Source: Candidatus Hodarchaeota archaeon (GTDB taxonomy: Archaea; Asgardarchaeota; Lokiarchaeia; Sigyniarchaeales; SOKP01). Taken from it: a stretch of 30,858 nucleotides of DNA. Each line of letters starts with the position of its first letter. Position 1 is the stretch's first letter. Made by a program: the position numbers and the translations under genes. Below are positions 25,850 through 30,858 of this stretch, in pieces. The DNA lies in the NCBI GenBank assembly GCA_048887205.1, contig JBHLKB010000001.1, positions 1 to 30,858 of the forward strand, given 5' to 3'. Below the pieces are notes generated by a model. That model was not told where the DNA came from, searched no databases, and worked only from the letters and a program-made list of their open reading frames with translations.

Positions 25850-27565
25850 CTATAATTTTCTTTTTATTTTTCGTTTTGGAAATTCCTCCTTTTCTTCTTT
25901 AGGAGGTTCAATTTCTTCAATTTCCTTTTTCTCGAGTTCTTCTTTAATCAGTTTAGCCTTAGCTTTCTTTTTAATTGGTTTTTTCTTAGTTGGAATTTCC
26001 TTTTTTGAAGGGGGGGTAACTTGTGCTTTTGATTTGAAGTATTTATAAATACTACCAATACCTACAAGGATCCCAATACCTAATCCAAAGAAAAATCCAA
26101 TCCAAGGCATAAAATTACTTAAAATGTCTGGAATTATTCTTATTCCCTGGGGTGCTAAATTATAATCTTTTGTAAGGCTTGTAACTGCACCATCTGAGTC
26201 GATAACATACACATACACATACCAAGTGCCAGTTATTAATTCAATTGTCCTAATAACAATTTCTGTATTTACTCCATTATAAACACTCGTAATATTATAC
26301 CAATCATTTTTTTCGTCTATAAGGGCTAGTTTAACATATGATACTCCCTCAACATCAGATACATTAAATGAAAAAACTAAATTTACACCATATTGGACAG
26401 AAATACTCTGATCCATGGTCATTCCATTGATTGTATAACTATGAATCTCAGGGAGATTGTTTTTCACCGTTAGAAAGGTTTCTTTGGAAGATTCCCCTCC
26501 ATGTTCATCTCGCGCAATTACAATGACTTTATAACTACCAATAGGTCTGTTCGATGGTAATGTAAAAAGATCGGAATAAGAATGTCCACTATCATGCTCC
26601 AATATGTTATTAACCAACACATTTTTACCTTCAGAATCTTGAAGATTCATAAGAACTGTGAGATTCTCCGGTAAGCTTTCAATATCAGTAGCATTTACAG
26701 AAATTGTACAATCATCACTTCTAAATACTTCACTAGGAGAAAGGTCAATGATAGAGGTAATTAAGGGATTAGAATTTCTTACATAGAAAGGAAAGTAAGC
26801 AGCTACTTTTTTTCCAGTATTAATATCAGACATATTTACTTTTATATAATATTCTTTGTTTACCTGTCTGAAAGTCTCATTAATTATTGGAAGGGTGAAT
26901 TGACTACTATTACTTCCAAGATTTATTAAATTATTTTGTGTTGTCTCATTCCTACTATCAACAACAGTTATATTCCACTGAAGTTCATATGTAACACTAT
27001 TACTAGTAAAATTATTATCTATCAACAATTCAGCGTATAAAATATCTCCAATAAAATATTCATAACTAACTATTCCTTCTTTTTTAAAAATCGCTAAACA
27101 GTTTGTATGAATTGTGAAGTTAGTATATGTAGTTTGATCATTTAATAATGTACCAGTTTGATTATAAATTAAAAAACTGACATTTTGAAATCCTAAGGGG
27201 GCATAGTATCCTGGTTTATATTCATAGAAAGATTTATTATTCCCGACCGATGCCATATCATAATTTCTGATAGAGCCATTAAAAAATGATATTTGCATTA
27301 TTGTATAGTTGGCATTTGGAAAATTAGTAGTATCGACAGTGAAATTAATAGACTCAAACCATCGATATACATCTGTTGCATTCTGAAAAATATCAGAATA
27401 TGTCAAGGCAGCAGCGATTTTAGGTAGAGATTCCTCCTCATCATAATTATTATATTTTTGATTGGAAACCTGTTTATGATTTAATGGAGTTAGCAGAATA
27501 TTAAAAACTAAAGCAAGTAAAATGAAAATTACTAAGATACCATATTTGTGTTGACTTTTTATCAA
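25850..27565 (-). CDS. Secreted beta-rich (Ig-like) glycoprotein with C-terminal membrane anchor and charged tail
   Basis: N-terminal hydrophobic segment ILVIFILLALVFNILL; 18 N-x-S/T sequons counted by hand; repeated NxxP-I...N(A/V)(T/S)D.E modules; anchor WIGFFFGLGIGILVGIGSIY; Lys/Glu-rich tail. Confidence 0.8.
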   Translation of the reverse strand: MIKSQHKYGILVIFILLALVFNILLTPLNHKQVSNQKYNNYDEEESLPKIAAALTYSDIFQNATDVYRWFESINFTVDTTNFPNANYTIMQISFFNGSIRNYDMASVGNNKSFYEYKPGYYAPLGFQNVSFLIYNQTGTLLNDQTTYTNFTIHTNCLAIFKKEGIVSYEYFIGDILYAELLIDNNFTSNSVTYELQWNITVVDSRNETTQNNLINLGSNSSQFTLPIINETFRQVNKEYYIKVNMSDINTGKKVAAYFPFYVRNSNPLITSIIDLSPSEVFRSDDCTISVNATDIESLPENLTVLMNLQDSEGKNVLVNNILEHDSGHSYSDLFTLPSNRPIGSYKVIVIARDEHGGESSKETFLTVKNNLPEIHSYTINGMTMDQSISVQYGVNLVFSFNVSDVEGVSYVKLALIDEKNDWYNITSVYNGVNTEIVIRTIELITGTWYVYVYVIDSDGAVTSLTKDYNLAPQGIRIIPDILSNFMPWIGFFFGLGIGILVGIGSIYKYFKSKAQVTPPSKKEIPTKKKPIKKKAKAKLIKEELEKKEIEEIEPPKEEKEEFPKRKIKRKL

Positions 27566-27572
27566 TTCTTAC

Positions 27573-30386
27573 TCATCTTCTTAATTTCTTAAATTTTATA
27601 TCTTTATTTTTAAAAAACAGTATTATTCCAATAGGTATTATAATCGGTAATACGTAAAAAATAATTAAATTAAGAGTTGATAACTCTATTGCGACTTCAA
27701 AATAAAATCTAGCAAATTCTTCCTCAACACTGTCTTTTAATACTATTCTATATTTCTTTATCCCAAACTCATAAGGATTTATTGTAGGCATAATTTGTAC
27801 AAAAATTCTATTTTCTCCAGTATTTAACTCGACTATATTAGTAGCTATTCCTTCTCCATTTATATATAATGAAAATGGTTCTGAATTTTCTTGGTTATTT
27901 CGTATGATAATAATTAAATATGCAAGAACCCCCTGTGGTACACGTTCAGGAAAAGAAACACTAAGGATCTCAAATTTATCTATTATTTGTATTGTAAATA
28001 CTTCAGAATAATATTCTGTTGTGTTTATTAAAATATTCATTTTAATCTTAATTGTCTCATCGGTAATAGATTCTAAAGATTTTAAATTATAAGATACTGC
28101 TCTTATTTCATTTTCATTTAATGTTTCCTCTTTTACATAATCATCAATACTGTTTTGAGTGATTCCTGTAAAACTTATGTTTAATGATTGGGTTGCATTT
28201 GGCAGAAAGTTTTTTATATTCATTGATACAAATATATTATCTCCAGGAACCACTTTACTTTGATATAAGAGGTTGCTATAGTCAAATGAATATCCAATCT
28301 CTATAATCCTTTTAATTTTTAAATAAATTACATTGCCTTGCTTAATTTTAAAAAATATTTCGGTCTTTCCAGGTATTGCCCCAGTTTTAGCTGTAAGGTT
28401 AAAAGAGATTATGATTTGTTTAGAAGCCGTAAAATTGATTACTTGTGGGGCGTAATATTTTATTTCCTGCCCTTCTAAAGATGCTGTTACGGTTAAGTTA
28501 TCACGACGTGTGTTGTTGATAACTAGAGACACATTTACAATTGGTCCTTGATATAAGGTGCTTATTAATCCATTAATTGTTGTATTAATTAAACCTGAAC
28601 TAACGTTGAAGCGCTTTAGATCTTGTGCCATTTTAAAATAAGTTGTATTAGCCCACACATAGATGAAGTATCCATCACCCATAGGCAAACTTTCTTCGAC
28701 ATTATATAAAAGAGTAGAGGAGGTAACAGGATCAACAATTTGGTCTTCAAGTTGATAAAAGAAAGTTCCGTTCGGATATTTTAACAGGTAAGTAATACTA
28801 GCATTTGTAATATCATATTGTACTGTAAAACTTAGATAAGAATTGCTATCGGGATTATAATATTCATTAGTTTTTTTAAATGAATAACTAGATGTTAAAT
28901 TCAAAGTATCATGATTAAAGATAAAATCTGGAATATCGTTTGAAACATTATACGTTGCAATTAAAATTGTACTATTATAAATTTCAAAAGCGTCTAAATA
29001 CGCCTCGCTTAATCCGAGGTTTGAGTTAAAATTTTTAGAATTGTTTGCTAAGTTAAAATCATAGGCATTATTTACATTGTCATATAAATTTGTTTCAATA
29101 CCATTGAAAATTTGCAAAGCTCTATTATAATAGGTATAATTTCCTGTAATTTCAAATAGTTTTAAACAAGCACTCATCATTAAGGCATTTGCTTTAAGAT
29201 CTGGTGTAGAATCAATAACAGTCCAATCCGGTTGAGCAATATTTTCATAGAGATTATTAATATCATCCCATAAATTATTATCTAAGCTGTTATAGACATC
29301 AATAGCTTTTTGAAAATAAGGGTAGTAGGTAGAATCATTTTTCATTCCAGTTTTAATCCAAAATTCTAAAAATGTAATTATTCCTAAAGCATTTGTACTT
29401 AAATGATAATTTGTACCAAAAAGAACAATAAAAGGATTCCAATTTGTGTCAGAATGGTGATAGAAAGCTTTTCCTGATGTACTCCACATACTATTATTAA
29501 TAGCAATCATTGTAAGATTTGCTAATTCATAAGCTCTATCTCTTATAGAAATATCATACTTGGGGTCTTGATAAACTCGATGAATTAAAAGATTTGCTAA
29601 AACGCTATAAAAATTGCTTTCAAGATACTTATCAGAGGTAGAATTATGATTGTAAAATCCATAATTAGACCCGTCCCAAAATTCAGATGAATTTATTAAA
29701 TAAAACATTTCATTTATAGAATCTTCTGGAAATATACCATCAATGGAGAAATCATCAAGATCATATCCAATATTTCCAATTAGAAGAAAAATGGGTAGTA
29801 AATTATCATATAAATACCTATCACTATTTTTTACTTGGCTGGTAGAATTATCAATTGATTCTACGAATCCATAATTAAATTGGCCGTTGTTGCCTTCATA
29901 CCATAATGGAGTCTCTTTTAGCTTTAAATACATATCAAATGTGGTAGTTTTACTTATTTCCATTTTCTTTAATGACTTATAATAAAGTAAATTATCTTCT
30001 GAAAAAATAGTATCATCAGTAATATCACCATCTGTATCCCCATATCGAAAATACATGGGCACTTCAAAGTCTAAACTTGATTGATACTTATTTTCAAAAA
30101 AAGCTCTTAATAATTCAAAATTCACAGTAAAAGGATTTCGAAGTATTGAAGTTCCTGCGGTTGTTATTTTATTATCAAGGAGATTCTCCTGTTTATCACT
30201 TTCATCTATAGGTAAAAAGACTTCAGGATTATTAATTTTAAAATTACTATCGTTAATAAGTAAAAAATTTAGCATAATAATCATTGTTAAGAGAAGACAT
30301 ATAACTCCTTTTAACAATTGCTTCCTCTGTCTTCTTTTCTTTTCAATATTGTTTAAACTCAAAAATCTCATTTTGACTTGAATCAA
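27573..30386 (-). CDS. Large membrane-anchored surface protein: (alpha/alpha)-toroid-like domain, Ig/CARDB-like domains, C-terminal TM
   Basis: Basic N-terminus plus hydrophobic segment; helical-hairpin repeats ending in W/Y-D...F/Y; many sequons; anchor LIIFYVLPIIIPIGIILFF then KNKDIKFKKLRR; alternative ATG at 30371. Confidence 0.75.
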   Translation of the reverse strand: MIQVKMRFLSLNNIEKKRRQRKQLLKGVICLLLTMIIMLNFLLINDSNFKINNPEVFLPIDESDKQENLLDNKITTAGTSILRNPFTVNFELLRAFFENKYQSSLDFEVPMYFRYGDTDGDITDDTIFSEDNLLYYKSLKKMEISKTTTFDMYLKLKETPLWYEGNNGQFNYGFVESIDNSTSQVKNSDRYLYDNLLPIFLLIGNIGYDLDDFSIDGIFPEDSINEMFYLINSSEFWDGSNYGFYNHNSTSDKYLESNFYSVLANLLIHRVYQDPKYDISIRDRAYELANLTMIAINNSMWSTSGKAFYHHSDTNWNPFIVLFGTNYHLSTNALGIITFLEFWIKTGMKNDSTYYPYFQKAIDVYNSLDNNLWDDINNLYENIAQPDWTVIDSTPDLKANALMMSACLKLFEITGNYTYYNRALQIFNGIETNLYDNVNNAYDFNLANNSKNFNSNLGLSEAYLDAFEIYNSTILIATYNVSNDIPDFIFNHDTLNLTSSYSFKKTNEYYNPDSNSYLSFTVQYDITNASITYLLKYPNGTFFYQLEDQIVDPVTSSTLLYNVEESLPMGDGYFIYVWANTTYFKMAQDLKRFNVSSGLINTTINGLISTLYQGPIVNVSLVINNTRRDNLTVTASLEGQEIKYYAPQVINFTASKQIIISFNLTAKTGAIPGKTEIFFKIKQGNVIYLKIKRIIEIGYSFDYSNLLYQSKVVPGDNIFVSMNIKNFLPNATQSLNISFTGITQNSIDDYVKEETLNENEIRAVSYNLKSLESITDETIKIKMNILINTTEYYSEVFTIQIIDKFEILSVSFPERVPQGVLAYLIIIIRNNQENSEPFSLYINGEGIATNIVELNTGENRIFVQIMPTINPYEFGIKKYRIVLKDSVEEEFARFYFEVAIELSTLNLIIFYVLPIIIPIGIILFFKNKDIKFKKLRR

Positions 30387-30507
30387 GCAATTAAAATTGT
30401 TCTAACGAAAGTTCACTTCTTAAATTATATTTGTAAAAAATCCTTCTCTTTAAAATTTTTTCTGAACGCATCAAATAGATCATAATATTTAGCAATAGTG
30501 TAAGAAT

Positions 30508-30858
30508 TTACTCTCTTTGCTTATTTTTTATAATTTCAGAAAGATCTGAAATGTTTACTCTTATTTGATCCATTGAATCACGTTCTCTGATGGTTACTGT
30601 ATTATCCTCCAGCGATTCATAATCTATAGTGATACACCATTTTGTTCCTAATTCATCTTGCCTTCTATATCTCTTTCCAATAGATCCCGCTGCATCATAA
30701 AAGGAACCTATCCGATTTTCTAACAAATTTCTATGAACTTTTAGTGCTAAAGTTCTTATATTTTCTTTATTTCTAACAAGAGGAAATACAGCTACCACAT
30801 TTGGAGCTAAATTTGGTTTGAGTTTCAAATTTATTCTTCCTTCCTCAACATTAAAAGT
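30508..30858 (-). CDS. glyS: Glycyl-tRNA synthetase (homodimeric archaeal/eukaryotic type), C-terminal anticodon-binding domain only
   Basis: LKLKPNLAP, VFPLV, YDAAGSIGKRYRRQDELGT, CITIDY, TVTIRERDSMDQ; the frame is open to the window edge, so the TTG at 30828 is internal. Confidence 0.93.
   Translation of the reverse strand, partial: TFNVEEGRINLKLKPNLAPNVVAVFPLVRNKENIRTLALKVHRNLLENRIGSFYDAAGSIGKRYRRQDELGTKWCITIDYESLEDNTVTIRERDSMDQIRVNISDLSEIIKNKQRE

Noticed and set aside
30508-30858. Functional link between glyS and the gcv operon
   Set aside because: They are about 25 kb apart with many unrelated genes between them and no shared regulatory motif was seen.
1-30858. tRNA, rRNA, CRISPR arrays, transposases, integrases
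   Set aside because: No GC-rich structured intergenic segment, regularly spaced repeat array or mobile-element ORF was seen by eye; tRNAscan-SE and Infernal runs would be needed to exclude small RNAs.

Overview
A very AT-rich archaeal chromosomal window, most consistent with an Asgard archaeon (Lokiarchaeia/Promethearchaeota-like). The taxon is inferred from gene content, not from a database search. It holds about 24 genes and no visible rRNA, tRNA, CRISPR array or mobile element. Carbon metabolism: a gcvT-H-PA-PB glycine cleavage operon, the H4MPT C1 enzymes Mch, Mtd and Ftr, a degenerate ferredoxin-FrhB-like protein, a crotonase (partial) and a 3-hydroxyacyl-CoA dehydrogenase. Purine salvage: MTA phosphorylase, a PfkB nucleoside kinase and Apt. 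Nucleic acid enzymes: a RecJ/Cdc45-like DHH protein, a beta-CASP nuclease and the 3' end of glycyl-tRNA synthetase. Eukaryote-like proteins: a Rab-like GTPase, a full-length Rag-like GTPase with a roadblock-type C-terminus, a HEAT/LRR protein and a presenilin. Best lead: the presenilin carries eukaryotic gamma-secretase-type motifs and sits head-to-head with an atypical archaemetzincin. The same window encodes C-terminally anchored single-pass glycoproteins, one with a GxxxGxxxGxxxG anchor. This suggests a two-step shedding plus intramembrane proteolysis system, which is a hypothesis only. Other leads: an FrhB-like protein that appears to have lost its flavin site, preceded by a palindromic operator and a small winged-helix gene; an unannotated 56-aa ORF; and a hypothetical gene with an unresolved start and a weak TFB/cyclin-fold resemblance. 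All family assignments come from motifs read by eye and family consensus recalled from memory.
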